Shown: positions 1-13,782 of the stretch, piece by piece
How positions within the stretch are numbered: position 1 is the first letter of the stretch
Layout of the letters: the number at the start of each line of letters is the position of its first letter
DNA from: Eledone cirrhosa
Lineage: Eukaryota
NCBI GenBank assembly: GCA_964016885.1
Contig: OZ024766.1
Coordinates: 8,308,001 to 8,372,000 of the forward strand
Direction: 5' to 3'
Length of the DNA: 64,000 nt
Made by a program: the position numbers and the translations under genes
The notes under the pieces: generated by a model
Seen by the model: the letters and a program-made list of their open reading frames with translations, nothing else
The model's database searches: none
Told to the model about the DNA's origin: nothing

Positions 1-2802
1 GTGGTGGTGTTGATGGTATGGAAGGCTCCAGTGGTGGTGTTGATGGTATGGAAGGCTCCAGTGGTGGTGTTGATGGTATGGAAGGCCCCAGTGGTGGTGT
101 TGATGGTATGGAAGGCTCTAGTGGTGGTGTTGATGGTGTGGAAGGCTCCAGTGGTGGTGTTGATGGTATGGAAGGCTCCAGTGGTGGTGTTGATGGTATG
201 GAAGGCTCCAGTGGTGGTGTTGATGGTATGGAAGGCTCCAGTGGTGGTGTTGATGGTATGGAAGGCTCCAGTGGTGGTGTTGATGGTATGGAAGGTTCCA
301 GTGGTGGTGTTGATGGTATGGAAGGTTCCAGTGGTGGTGTTGATGGTATGGAAGGCTCCAGTGGTGGTGTTGATGGTATGGAAGGTTCCAGTGGTGGTGT
401 TGATGGTATGGAAGGCTCCAGTGGTGGTGTTGATGGTATGGAAGGCTCTAGTGGTGGTGTTGATGGTATGGAAGGCCGCAGTGGTGGTGTTGATGGTATG
501 GAAGGTTCCAGTGGTGGTGTTGATGGTATGGAAGGCTCCAGTGGTGGTGTTGATGGTATGGAAGGTTCCAGTGGTGGTGTTGATGGTATGGAAGGTTCCA
601 GTGGTGGTGTTGATGGTATGGAAGGCTCCAGTGGTGGTGTTGATGGTATGGAAGGCTCCAGTGGTGGTGTTGATGGTATGGAAGGTTCCAGTGGTGGTGT
701 TGATGGTATGGAAGGCTCTAGTGGTGGTGTTGATGGTATGGAAGGCCGCAGTGGTGGTGTTGATGGTATGGAAGGTTCCAGTGGTGGTGTTGATGGTATG
801 GAAGGCTCCAGTGGTGGTGTTGATGGTATGGAAGGTTCCAGTGGTGGTGTTGATGGTATGGAAGGTTCCAGTGGTGGTGTTGATGGTATGGAAGGCTCCA
901 GTGGTGGTGTTGATGGTATGGAAGGCTCCAGTGGTGGTGTTGATGGTATGGAAGGCCCCAGTGGTGGTGTTGATGGTATGGAAGGCCCCAGTGGTGGTGT
1001 TGATGGTGTGGAAGGCTCCAGTGGTGGTGTTGATGGTGTGGAAGGCTCCAGTGGTGGTGTTGATGGTATGGAAGGCTCCAGTGGTGGTGTTGATGGTATG
1101 GAAGGCTCCAGTGGTGGTGTTGATGGTATGGAAGGCTCCAGTGGTGGTGTTGATGGTATGGAAGGTTCCAGTGGTGGTGTTGATGGTATGGAAGGTTCCA
1201 GTGGTGGTGTTGATGGTATGGAAGGCTCCAGTGGTGGTGTTGATGGTATGGAAGGCTCCAGTGGTGGTGTTGATGGTATGGAAGGCTCCAGTGGTGGTGT
1301 TGATGGTATGGAAGGCTCCAGTGGTGGTGTTGATGGTATGGAAGGCTCCAGTGGTGGTGTTGATGGTATGGAAGGTTCCAGTGGTGGTGTTGATGGTGTG
1401 GAAGGCTCCAGTGGTGGTGTTGATGGTGTGGAAGGCTCCAGTGGTGGTGTTGATGGTATGGAAGGCTCCAGTTGTGGTGTTGATGGTATGGAAGGTTCCA
1501 GTGGTGGTGTTGATGGTATGGAAGGCTCCAGTGGTGGTGTTGATGGTATGGAAGGCTCCAGTGGTGGTGTTGATGGTATGGAAGGTTCCAGTGGTGGTGT
1601 TGATGGTATGGAAGGTTCCAGTGGTGGTGTTGATGGTATGGAAGGTTCCAGTGGTGGTGTTGATGGTATGGAAGGTTCCAGTGGTGGTGTTGATGGTGTG
1701 GAAGGCTCCAGTGGTGGTGTTGATGGTATGGAAGGTTCCAGTGGTGGTGTTGATGGTATGGAAGGTTCCAGTGGTGGTGTTGATGGTGTGGAAGGCTCCA
1801 GTGGTGGTGTTGATGGTATGGAAGGCTCCAGTGGTGGTGTTGATGGTATGGAAGGCTCCAGTGGTGGTGTTGATGGTATGGAAGGCTCCAGTCGTGGTGT
1901 TGATGGTATGGAAGGTTCCAGTGGTGGTGTTGATGGTATGGAAGGTTCCAGTGGTGGTGTTGATGGTATGGAAGGCTCCAGTGGTGGTGTTGATGGTATG
2001 GAAGGTTCCAGTGGTGGTGTTGATGGTATGGAAGGTTCCAGTGGTGGTGTTGATGGTATGGAAGGTTCCAGTGGTGGTGTTGATGGTATGGAAGGTTCCA
2101 GTGGTGGTGTTGATGGTATGGAAGGCTCCAGTGGTGGTGTTGATGGTATGGAAGGCTCCAATGGTGGTGTTAATGGTATGGAAGGCTCCAGTGGTGGTGT
2201 TGATGGTATGGAAGGCTCCAGTGGTGGTGTTAATGGTATGGAAGGCTCCAGTGGTGGTGTTGATGGTATGGAAGGCTCCAGTGGTGGTGTTAATGGTATG
2301 GAAGGCTCCAGTGGTGGTGTTGATGGTATGGAAGGCTCTAGTGGTGGTGTTAATGGTATGGAAGGTTCTAGTGGTGGTGTTGATGGTATGGAAGGCTCTA
2401 GTGGTGGTGTTGATGGTATGGAAGGCTCCAGTGGTGGTGTTGATGGTATGGAAGGCTCTAGTGGTGGTGTTGATGGTATGGAAGGTTCTAGTGGTGGTGT
2501 TGATGGTATGGAAGGCTCCAGTGGTGGTGTTGATGGTATGGAAGGCTCCAGTGGTGGTGTTGATGGTATGGAAGGCTCCAGTGGTGGTGTTGATGGTATG
2601 GAAGGCTCCAGTGGTGGTGTTGATGGTATGGAAGGCTCCAGTGGTGGTGTTGATGGTATGGAAGGCTCCAGTGGTGGTGTTGATGGTATGGAAGGCTCCA
2701 GTGGTGGTGTTGATGGTATGGAAGGCTCCAGTGGTGGTGTTGATGGTATGGAAGGCTCCAGTGGTGGTGTTGATGGTATGGAAGGCTCCAGTGGTGGTGT
2801 TG
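1..2802. repeat. 30-bp minisatellite GTGGTGGTGTTGATGGTATGGAAGGCTCCA, about 93 copies, runs off the window start
   Basis: Exact 30-nt periodicity with few variants (ggc/ggt, tcc/tct, atg/gtg); ends about 65 bp before an AHI1 splice acceptor. Confidence 0.97.
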
Positions 2803-2867
2803 TTACAAAGCTCAGGCCTGGCAATTACGGTTTAAAGAAATAATACTTTTCCTTTCTTCAAATTCAG

Positions 2868-3000
2868 GAAAATGAGATTAACAGTGATGGTGATGGTGAT
2901 GATGACAACGATGATGATGATGGTAAGGGAGATAATCCAGCATACACTGATGATCAGGACACTGAGAGGCGCGGACCAAAGAAGGGAAAAAAGAAAAAAG
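2868..3000 (+). CDS. AHI1: AHI1 exon, acidic/basic linker ENEINSDGDGDDDN...KKGKKKK
   Basis: Acceptor ctttcttcaaattcag, donor g|gtgaag; phase 1 matches the next exon; sequence itself is low complexity. Confidence 0.7.
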
Positions 3001-3046
3001 GTGAAGTTCTCCATAAGACGCAGGGGTTGGTTTTTGTTTCATAGTT

Positions 3047-3884
3047 CTGTAAAGTGGTCGTGTAGGTGTCATGACATATAGCACCCAGTCCACTCTGTAC
3101 AGTGGTCATGTAGGTGTCATGACAAAAAGTACCCAGTCCACTCTGTAAAGTGGTCATGTAGGTGTCACGACAAAAAGCACCCAGTCCACTCTGTAAAGTG
3201 GTCATGTAGGTGTCACGACAAAAAGCACCCAGTCCACTCTGTACAGTGGTCATGTAGGTGTCATGACAAAAAGTACCCAGTCCACTCTGTAAAGTGGTCA
3301 TGTAGGTGTCACGACAAAAAGCACCCAGTCCACTCTGTAAAGTGGTCATGTAGGTGTCACGACAAAAAGCACCCAGTCCACTCTGTAAAGTGGTCATGTA
3401 GGTGTCACGACAAAAAGCACCCAGTCCACTCTGTAAAGTGGTCATGTAGGTGTCACGACAAAAAGCACCCAGTCCACTCTGTAAAGTGGTCATGTAGGTG
3501 TCATGACAAAAAGCACCCAGTCCACTCTGTAAAGTGGTCATGTAGGTGTCATGACAAAAAGCACCCAGTCCACTCTGTAAAGTGGTCATGTAGGTGTCAT
3601 GACAAAAAGCACCCAGTCCACTCTGTAAAGTGGTCATGTAGGTGTCATGACAAAAAGCACCCAGTCCACTCTGTAAAGTGGTCATGTAGGTGTCATGACA
3701 AAAAGCACCCAGTCCACACTGTGAAGTGGTCATGTAGGTGTCATGACAAAAAGCACCACCCAGTCCACTCTGTACAGTGGTCATGTAGGTGTCATGACAA
3801 AAAGCACCCAGTCCACCCTGTAAAGTGGTCATGTAGGTGTCACAACAAACAGCACCCAGTCCTCACTGTAAAGTGGTCATGTAG
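3047..3884 (-). repeat. 48-bp minisatellite derived from a SINE internal segment, about 17 copies
   Basis: Unit is the reverse complement of SINE sequence CTGGGTGCTTTTTTGCCGTGGCACCTCCACGACCACTTTACAG. Confidence 0.9.
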
Positions 3885-4180
3885 GGTGGGACGGGAACTG
3901 ATTCTGGCTTGATTTCTACAGCTGGATGCCCTTCCTAACACCAACCTCATTTACAGTGAGTGCTGGGTGCTTTTTTGCCGTGGCACCTCCACGACCACTT
4001 TCCAGTGGAATGATAGGGACCCCAGTCCCTATCATCTCATTTCTACAGCTGAGTAAACTGGAGCAATGTGAAATAAAGTGTCTTGCTCAAGGAAACAACA
4101 CATCACCCGGTCTGAGAATTGAACTCACAACCTTTCGATTGCAAGGCCAATGCTCTAACCACTAAGCCATGTGCCTCCAT
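3885..4180 (-). mobile_element. tRNA-derived SINE (family A)
   Basis: Near-identical to copies at 7222, 14084, 21642 and 60949; Pol III A/B boxes on the - strand. Confidence 0.88.
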
Positions 4181-4265
4181 ATATATATATGTATTGGTCA
4201 GCCTATGAATTTTTCATCTGACCATTGTATGCCTCAATTTTGTTTGTTCTCCCTTTATATTTCAG

Positions 4266-4452
4266 TGAAAGGTTCCCTTCCGCAGAACAGAAGTGGAGAA
4301 AATTCCACATTGATACTGGATGAAGGTAAAGTGTTGACTGTGATTGTTCATCGGACAGATAAACTAAAGAATGACTTCAGCATCATACATCCTCTTGTCA
4401 GAGTCCACGTGGTGGATGAAAACACGGGACAGTATCTTCTCAAACAGTCCAG
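4266..4452 (+). CDS. AHI1: AHI1 exon, start of C2-like domain ([42 protein letters not shown])
   Basis: Matches the recalled vertebrate Jouberin motif [35 protein letters not shown]; AG/GT boundaries. Confidence 0.93.
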
Positions 4453-4626
4453 GTATTTTCCCCCACCCTGCCTCCTACAAACTTCTGCTTAATAGATAAT
4501 AGAAATAGCAGCCAAATCTCTCCTCAAATCACACCTTATTGTCATGTATGTATAATTGTTTTTACATTTGGCACAAGGCCAGCAATTATTCCAGTGTATT
4601 ACTGGTACTTTATTTTATTGAATGAA

Positions 4627-5690
4627 AGACCTGTTAGAAATAGCAGCCAAATCTTCCTCAAATCATACCCTCCAGTCATATGTATGTATATGTGTCAAGA
4701 GACATCTATATGGTAGCTAGACCTGTTAGAAATAGCAGCCAAATCTTCCTCAAATCATACCCTCCAGTCATATGTATGTATATGTGTCAAGAGACATCTA
4801 TATGGTAGCTAGACCTGTTAGAAATAGCAGCCAAATCTTCCTCAAATCATACCCTCCAGTCATATGTATGTATATGTGTCAAGAGACCTATATATGGTAG
4901 CTAGACCTGTTAGAAATAGCAGCCAAATCTTCCTCAAATCATACCCTCCAGTCATATGTATGTATATGAGTCAAAAGACCTCTATATGGTAGCTAGACCT
5001 GTTAGAAATAGCAGCCAAATCTTCCTCAAATCATACCCTCCAGTCATATGTATGTATATGTGTCAAGAGACGTCTATATGGTAGCTAGACCTGTTAGAAA
5101 TAGCAGCCAAATCTTCCTCAAATCATACCCTCCAGTCATATGTATGTATATGTGTCAAGAGACGTCTATATGGTAGCTAGACCTGTTAGAAATAGCAGCC
5201 AAATCTTCCTCAAATCATACCCTCCAGTCATATGTATGTATAGGAGTCAAGAAACCTCTATATGGTAGCTAGACCTGTTAGAAATAGCAGCCAAATCTTC
5301 CTCAAATCATACCCTCCAGTCATATGTATGTATAGGAGTCAAGAAACCTCTATATGGTAGCTAGACCTGTTAGAAATAGCAGCCAAATCTTCCTCAAATC
5401 ATACCCTCCAGTCATATGTATGTATATGTGTCAAGAGACGTCTATATGGTAGCTAGACCTGTTAGAAATAGCAGCCAAATCTTCCTCAAATCATACCCTC
5501 CAGTCATATGTATGTATAGGAGTCAAGAAACCTCTATATGGTAGCTAGACCTGTTAGAAATAGCAGCCAAATCTTCCTCAAATCATACCCTCCAGTCATA
5601 TGTATGTATATGTGTCAAGAGACGTCTATATGGTAGCTAGACCTGTTAGAAATAGCAGCCAAACCTCCCTTAAATCATACCCTCTTGTCA
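4627..5690. repeat. 92-bp minisatellite, about 11 copies
   Basis: AGACCTGTTAGAAATAGCAGCCAAATC recurs every 92 nt. Confidence 0.92.
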
Positions 5691-6103
5691 TATATATATA
5701 TGTATATCTATGTATCTATATATATATATATATCATCATCATCATCATCACCATTTTCTGTCCAGTGATGATGATGATGATGATATATATATATATATAT
5801 ATATATGCATGTGATTATGAGTCAGCCCTCGTTCTATGAAACAAAACCTCCTGTTTTAAATGTTTCAAATTGAAATTAAAATGTTCCAACATATTACGTT
5901 ACATGTGTTTCACTGGTGTTCAGGCTCATAGTCTTTCTCTGTTATATGCGATCCGTATTAAGTTACTATATTAGTAATGAAATATTTAATAATTTTATTT
6001 AAACCAGCTCTGGTTCTATGACACAAAACCCTCTTGTTTTAAACGTTCAAATTTAAATTAAAATCTTCCAACATAATTTTATATAAGAACCATGTTAAGT
6101 TAA

Positions 6104-6862
6104 CCCTTTAATGTTCAAACCGGCCAGAATTCTCTACCTCCTTCTGTTGAAACTGGCTGTAACTGGTCGCTCAAACTGATGTTAAGGTATTGTTCTCAAA
6201 ATAAATACTTTCAAAATTTCATAGATTCGATATTATGTGAGGTAAAGCCTTTACTGTGAAAATACAATAGTATATATAGAGTAATGTAAATGTTATGTGA
6301 GGTAAAGCCTTTACTGTGAAAATATAATAGTATATATAGAGTAATGTAAATGTTATGTGAGATATTATGTGAGGTAAAGCCTTTACTGTGAAAATACAAT
6401 TGTATATATAGAGTAATGTAAATGTTATGTGAGATATTATGTGAGGTAAAGCCTTTACTGTGAAAATATAATAGTATATATAGAGTAATGTAAATGTTAT
6501 GAGATATTATGTGAGGTAAAGCCTTTACTGTGAAAATACAATAGTATATATAGAGTAATGTAAATGTTATGTGAGATATTATGTGAGGTAAAGCCTCTAC
6601 TGTGAAAATACAATAGTATATATAGAGTAATGTAAATGTTATGTGAGATATTATGTGAGGTAAAGCCTTTACTGTGAAAATACAATAGTATATATAGAGT
6701 AATTTAAATGTTATGTGAGATATTATGTGAGGTAAAGCTTTTAATGTGAAAATATAATAGTATATATAGAGTAATGTAAATGTTATGTGAGATATTATGT
6801 GAGGTAAAGCTTTTAATGTGAAAATATAATAGTATATATAGAGTAATGTGAATACTAAAGGG
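6104..6862. mobile_element. piggyBac-like MITE containing a 72-bp internal array
   Basis: TTAA|CCCTTTA ... TAAAGGG|TTAA termini and target duplication; second copy in opposite orientation at 53077-54427. Confidence 0.75.
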
Positions 6863-7052
6863 TTAATATCTTAGTAATGAAATAATTAATAATTTTACTA
6901 AAACCTCAATTTTATTAATTAATTAAAACAGTGTATTTAATTAGAAATACAGTCATGGAAGGCTTCAGACATTTGATAATGTTAATTAATTCTGACTATT
7001 TTTCTATTGATGTTATTAACTTAATTTATTTGTTCTTTTGTTTCTCTATCAG

Positions 7053-7148
7053 TGATCGACCCGTTACCTTTTATTATGAATCCAAAAGCCTGGGCTTGAG
7101 ACACATACTTCCCATGATGACTCAGCCATTTGATTTTAAACTGAGAAA
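7053..7148 (+). CDS. AHI1: AHI1 exon DRPVTFYYESKSLGLRHILPMMTQPFDFKLR
   Basis: Similar to Jouberin RPVSSYYE...ILPIMTQPYDFK; phase 2-2; tatcag| and |gtaagc. Confidence 0.92.
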
Positions 7149-7221
7149 GTAAGCTGAAATATATACATTACATTATACATATATCTAGATCTACAATATA
7201 TATATATACATATATATATAT

Positions 7222-7536
7222 TCATTTCAATTTCATTTCATTTTACGTCCCGCTTTTTCCCTGCTTGCAAGGGTGGGACGGGAACTGATTCTGGCTTGAT
7301 TTCTACAGCTGGATGCCCTTCCTAACACCAACCTCATTTACAGTGAGTGCTGGGTGCTTTTTTGCCGTGGCACCTCCACGACCACTTTACAGTGGAATGA
7401 TAGGGACCCCAGTCCCTATCATCTCATTTCTACAGCTGAATAAACTGGAGCAATGTGAAATAAAGTGTCTTGCTCAAGGAAACAACACATCACCCGGTCT
7501 GAGAATTGAATTCATAACCTTTCGATTGCAAGGCCT
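7222..7536 (-). mobile_element. tRNA-derived SINE (family A), head slightly truncated
   Basis: Identity to the other family A copies. Confidence 0.85.
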
Positions 7537-7670
7537 CATATCTATGTATATATATATATGTATATATATACATATATATATATGAATATATATACATATA
7601 TATATATATATATGTATATACATATATAATTATATGTATATATATGTGTATATATATGTATATATATATG

Positions 7671-7701
<31 letters not shown>

Positions 7702-7751
7702 TTCTGTATGTATGTATATATATATATATATATTTCTATATATGTATATAT

Positions 7752-7787
<36 letters not shown>

Positions 7788-7974
7788 CTATATATGTATA
7801 TATATATATATGTATATGTATATATGTATATATATATGTATATGTATATATGTATATATATATGTATATATATACATATATATATGTATATATGTATATA
7901 TATACATATATATATGTATATATGTATATATATACATATATATATGTATATATATATACATATATTTATATATG

Positions 7975-8008
<34 letters not shown>

Positions 8009-8016
8009 CATACATA

Positions 8017-8049
<33 letters not shown>

Positions 8050-8137
8050 CATCATCATCATCATTTATGATAATTATGATAACCACCAAAATTTATATAT
8101 ATATATGTATATACATAACTATCCACTCTATTTATAG

Positions 8138-8231
8138 ATCTACTATTCCAGTTTGGGAAGAGGTACTTCTCTTTAATGAGAACTACAACTATTTTATCCA
8201 ATCAAAGCCCAAAGTAATTCTCTTTTTTGAG
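8138..8231 (+). CDS. AHI1: AHI1 exon [31 protein letters not shown]
   Basis: Similar to Jouberin PEWEEQIVFNENF...PKVILFFE; donor gtaagt. Confidence 0.93.
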
Positions 8232-8321
8232 GTAAGTTTCATAGCTTAAGTTGTTGTCCTTGTCTAATTAGTCCTGTTCTAATTTGTGTCTAATTAGACC
8301 TTGTCTAATTTGTTGTTTTTT

Positions 8322-9773
8322 TTATATATAAATAGAAAATTAATTTTATTTTAACTGCCAGATTAACTTCTTCAAACACTGTCCCTACTTTCTCAAATTC
8401 TTATATATAAATAGGAAATTAATTTTATTTTAACTGCCAGATTAACTTCTTCGAACACTGTCCCTACTTTCTCAAATTCTTATATATAAATAGGAAATTA
8501 ATTTTATTTTAACTGCCAGATTAACTTCTTCGAACACTGTCCCTACTTTCTCAAATTCTTATATATAAATAGGAAATTAATTTTATTTTAACTGCCAGAT
8601 TAACTTCTTCGAACACTGTCCCTACTTTCTCAAATTCTTATTATATATAAATAGGAAATTAATTTTATTTTAACTGCCAGATTAACTTCTTCGAACACTG
8701 TCCCTACTTTCTCAAATTCTTATATATAAATAGGAAATTAATTTTATTTTAACTGCCAGATTAACTTCTTCAAACACTGTCCCTACTTTCTCAAATTCTT
8801 ATATATAAATAGGAAATTAATTTTATTTTAACTGCCAGATTAACTTCTTCAAACACTGTCCCTACTTTCTCAAATTCTTATTATATATAAATAGGAAATT
8901 AATTTCATTTTAACTGCCAGATTAACTTCTTCGAACACTGTCCCTACTTTCTCAAATTCTTATATATAAATAGGAAATTAATTTTATTTTAACTGCCAGA
9001 TTAACTTCTTCAAACACTGTCCCTACTTTCTCAAATTCTTATTATATATAAATAGGAAATTAATTTTATTTTAACTGCCAGATTAACTTCTTCAAACACT
9101 GTCCCTACTTTCTCAAATTCTTATTATATATAAATAGGAAATTAATTTTATTTTAACTGCCAGATTAACTTCTTCGAACACTGTCCCTACTTTCTCAAAT
9201 TCTTATATATAAATAGGAAATTAATTTTATTTTAAGTGCCAGATTAACTTCTTCAAACACTGTCCCTACTTTCTCAAATTCTTATATATAAATAGGAAAT
9301 TAATTTTATTTTAACTGCCAGATTAACTTCTTCAAACACTGTCCCTACTTTCTCAAATTCTTATTATATATAAATAGGAAATTAATTTCATTTTAACTGC
9401 CAGATTAACTTCTTCGAACACTGTCCCTACTTTCTCAAATTCTTATTATATATAAATAGGAAATTAATTTTATTTTAACTGCCAGATTAACTTCTTCAAA
9501 CACTGTCCCTACTTTCTCAAATTCTTATTATATATAAATAGGAAATTAATTTTATTTTAACTGCCAGATTAACTTCTTCAAACACTGTCCCTACTTTCTC
9601 AAATTCTTATTATATATAAATAGGAAATTAATTTTATTTTAACTGCCAGATTAACTTCTTCAAACACTGTCCCTACTTTCTCAAATTCTTATTATATATA
9701 AATAGGAAATTAATTTTATTTTAACTGCCAGATTAACTTTGTCAAACACTGTCCCTACTTTCTCAAATTCTTA
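8322..9773. repeat. 79/82-bp AT-rich minisatellite, about 18 copies
   Basis: Repeating AACTGCCAGATTAACTTCTTC...CCCTACTTTCTCAAATTC. Confidence 0.93.
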
Positions 9774-9854
9774 ATACCTTGGCACTATTACCTAACATGC
9801 ATCGTCGAGTTTAATGTGCCTGTTTGCTGTCTCATTTTATTCCATCTCATATAG

Positions 9855-9953
9855 ATTCTCGACTTTGTCTCCATGAATTCGGCCAGTTTTCGGTACCAGA
9901 GACAACCTCCACATGAGGGGGGCTGGTATAAAGTGGCATGGGCGTTTTTAAAG
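9855..9953 (+). CDS. AHI1: AHI1 exon ILDFVSMNSASFRYQRQPPHEGGWYKVAWAFLK
   Basis: ILDF...KIAWAFLK motif; phase 0-0; missing from the ORF track. Confidence 0.92.
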
Positions 9954-10070
9954 GTAAATTATATTTAGGGAACACATACACAGACATACTCACACATACA
10001 TAGACACATACTCACAAACATCCGCTCACACTCATACACACACTCACTGACACTGACCCCTAAGGGATAT

Positions 10071-10115
10071 GTAATCCTGACAATAGCTAACGAGCGAGAA
10101 ACGGTCGTCGATTGC
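10071..10115 (+). ncRNA. Degenerate minimal hammerhead ribozyme (G8A)
   Basis: gtaatc CTGACAA tagctaacgagcga GAAA cggtcG TC gattgc; 6-bp stem I, near-palindromic stem III, GUC triplet. Confidence 0.5.
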
Positions 10116-10434
10116 TTCCCTTTGCTTTTGCCAAGACCAAGTAAGTGACATATTCACTACTTTAAAACTCATAGCAAATGGTCTTCAAAATGTTTTTAAA
10201 TAAACATACAGTATATTATCAAATATACTATACATACATTCATGTATACATCGCTATTTCAGAGCACCAATACTAATATATATATACACATATATATATA
10301 ATAAATGTAATCTGAGTTTTTCGAATATTAATAATCATATTCGATTCGTTTGCAATTATGCAAACAAGCTCATTTTTAAAACCATGTCAGTAGAATGACC
10401 CCTTCATTCTTGCTTTTGTGTTGGCATGTAAACA

Positions 10435-10485
10435 GAACTTCAGACACTAATGTTTCTGGGCTACTACCCTTCATCAGTACAGTTC
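10435..10485 (-). ncRNA. Type I hammerhead ribozyme motif
   Basis: - strand: gaactgta CTGATGA agggtagtagccca GAAA cattagtG TC tgaagttc; all three stems form. Confidence 0.75.
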
Positions 10486-11074
10486 ACTGTTCACCTGCCA
10501 ACTCTAAGAGCTAGTGAAATATTCGAAAAACTCAGATTACATTTATTAAGACAATGTCACTGGACCGAGATCTTTGGCGCTACGCAGTAATACAGAAGAC
10601 CCGCCATGCCTAAGTACAAAGCGAAACCTACAGTTAGTAGGCACCTCTTAACCAAAATACACCCCCGTCCCACTAGCCCACATCTACACCACCCCTTTCT
10701 CTGTAAAGTTATGTTGGTACCACAACATCCAGTCCTAAACAAATGAGCTCGTGTAGGTGTCACGACAAAAAAAACACACAGTCCATGCTGTAATGTCGCC
10801 GTGTAGGTAACACAGTAAAAACCTCCCAGTCCACACTGTAAATGTGGTTGGTGTTAGGAAGGGCATCCAGCCGTAGAAAACCCGCCAGACAGTCCTATAC
10901 GAGCGAGACAACCACGCTTGCCTCAAGTGGGACAATTCCCGTCTAAACCCATGCTAACGTGGAAGATGGACGTTAAACGATGATGATGATGTATTCAGCC
11001 ATGTAGAGCGAAAATTCTTTTTATATCATCATCATCACCGTTTTACGTCCGTTCTTCTATATATATATATCATC

Positions 11075-13300
11075 ATCATCATCATGATTTTACGTCCGCT
11101 CTTCCCTGCTTGCAAGGGTGGGACGGGTCTTATTCAGCACAGCATCTCTCCACTTGTCACGGTCCTTGGTTATCTCCACCGTGAGCTTCAGCGATCTGAG
11201 GTCTGTTCTCACCACCTCCACCCATGTTTTTCGTGGTCTACCTCTACCACGTTTTTCTTCAACTGGCATTTCCTGGCACTTCTTTACCCAGCAGTCATCC
11301 TACATGCACATCACATGTCCATACCACCTCAGTCTCCTCTCTTGCACACTACATTCTATCCCTCTCAGACACAGTTTCTCTCTCAACACATCACATGTCC
11401 ATACCACCTCAGTCTCCTCTCCCGTACACTACATTCTATCCCTCTCAGACACAGTTTCTCTCTCAACACATCACATGTCCATACCACCTCAGTCTCCTCT
11501 CTCGCACACTACATTCTATCCCTCTCAGACACAGTTTCTCTCTCAACACATCACATGTCCATACCACCTCAGTCTCCTCTCCCGTACACTACATTCTATC
11601 CCTCTCAGACACGGTTTCTCTCTCAACACATCACATGTCCATACCACCTCAGTCTCCTCTCTAGCACACTACATTCTATCCCTCTCAGACACAGTTTCTC
11701 TCTCAACACATCACATGTCCATACCACCTCAGTCTCCTCTCCCGTACACTACATTCTATCCCTCTCAGACACAGTTCCTCTCTCAACACATCACATGTCC
11801 ATACCACCTCAGTCTCCTCTCCCGTACACTACATTCTATCCCTCTCAGACACAGTTTCTCTCTCAACACATCACATGTCCATACCACCTCAGTCTCCTCT
11901 CTCGTACACTACATTCTATCCCTCTCAGACACAGTTTCTCTCTCAACACATCACATGTCCATACCACCGCAGTCTCCTCTCTCGCACACTACATTCTATC
12001 CCTCTCAGACACAGTTTCTCTCTCAACACATCACATGTCCATACCACCTCAGTCTCCTCTCCCGCACACTACATTCTATCCCTCTCAGACACAGTTTCTC
12101 TCTCAACACATCACATGTCCATACCACCTCAGTCTCCTCTCCCGTACACTACATTCTATCCTTCTCAGACACAGTTTCTCTCTCAACACATCACATGTCC
12201 ATACCACCTCAGTCTCCTCTCTCGCACACTACATTCTATCCCTCTCAGACACAGTTTCTCTCTCAACACATCACATGTCCATACCACCTCAGTCTCCTCT
12301 CCCGTACACTACATTCTATCCCTCTCAGACACAGTTTCTCTCTCAACACATCACATGTCCATACCACCTCAGTCTCCTCTCTCGCACACTACATTCTATC
12401 CCTCTCAGACACAGTTTCTCTCTCAACACATTACATGTCCATACCACCTCAGTCTCCTCTCCCGTACACTACATTCTATCCCTCTCAGACACAGTTTCTC
12501 TCTCAACACATCACATGTCCATACCACCTCAGTCTCCTCTCTCGCACACTACATTCTATCCCTCTCAGACACAGTTTCTCTCTCAACACATCACATGTCC
12601 ATACCACCGCAGTCTCCTCTCTCGCACACTACATTCTATCCCTCTCAGACACAGTTTCTCTCTCAACACATCACATGTCCATACCACCTCAGTCTCCTCT
12701 CCCGCACACTACATTCTATCCCTCTCAGACACAGTTTCTCTCTCAACACATCACATGTCCATACCACCTCAGTCTCCTCTCCCGCACACTACATTCTATC
12801 CCTCTCAGACACAGTTTCTCTCTCAACACATCACATGTCCATACCACCTCAGTCTCCTCTCCCGTACACTACATTCTATCCCTCTCAGACACAGTTTCTC
12901 TCTCAACACATCACATGTCCATACCACTTCAGTCTCCTCTCCCGCACACTACATTCTATCCCTCTCAGACACAGTTTCTCTCTCAACACATCACATGTCC
13001 ATACCACCTCAGTCTCCTCTCCCGTACACTACATTCTATCCTTCTCAGACACAGTTTCTCTCTCAACACATCACATGTCCATACCACCTCAGTCTCCTCT
13101 CTCGCACACTACATTCTATCCCTCTCAGACACAGTTTCTCTCTCAACACATCACATGTCCATACCACCTCAGTCTCCTCTCCCGTACACTACATTCTATC
13201 CTTCTCAGAGACAGTTTCTCTCTCAACACATTCATGCTGGGTCGTTCACGCACATTGATACTGCACATCCAACGGAGCATGCTTGCCTCATTTCTCTTAT
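11075..13300 (-). mobile_element. RTE-clade LINE 3' fragment with an internal 80-bp segment amplified 24x (11311-13230)
   Basis: - strand reads ...LREKLCLRGIECSVRERRLRWYGHV..., then GRPRKTW and a (GAT)n tail. Confidence 0.85.
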
Positions 13301-13782
13301 ATATATATATATATATTCTCCGATTTTTTACTTTCCCACGTGCTTACGCTCTGCTAATTCTCTAGCCCACTAAATATTAACACTTCAAATATTTAATACT
13401 GCCGGCACTAGTATCGAGCACCTTTGGCATACGCTACTTGGCAAATAACTATATGTATCACCTATCCCTCCTTTTTCTCTCTTTCTCGATACGTAAATAC
13501 TATATATATATATATATATATATGTATTAGACCTAGCTCCATTTAGTTGATTATTTGTCTAGTTAATTTCTTCGGGCTAAAAGGAATGACTAGATAACTT
13601 TTATTTGACTGTTCCTCGCGGAAAATAGTCTGTATCATTTGTCTATTATTTTTTCGAAGTTACATTTTAAACTTATAGCCTCGTTTAAATGATTTTTATC
13701 TAGTTGATTTCTACAGACTACGGTGAAGAAAGACTGGATATATTTTATCTAATAATTCTTCAAACTTGCAATTTTATATATA

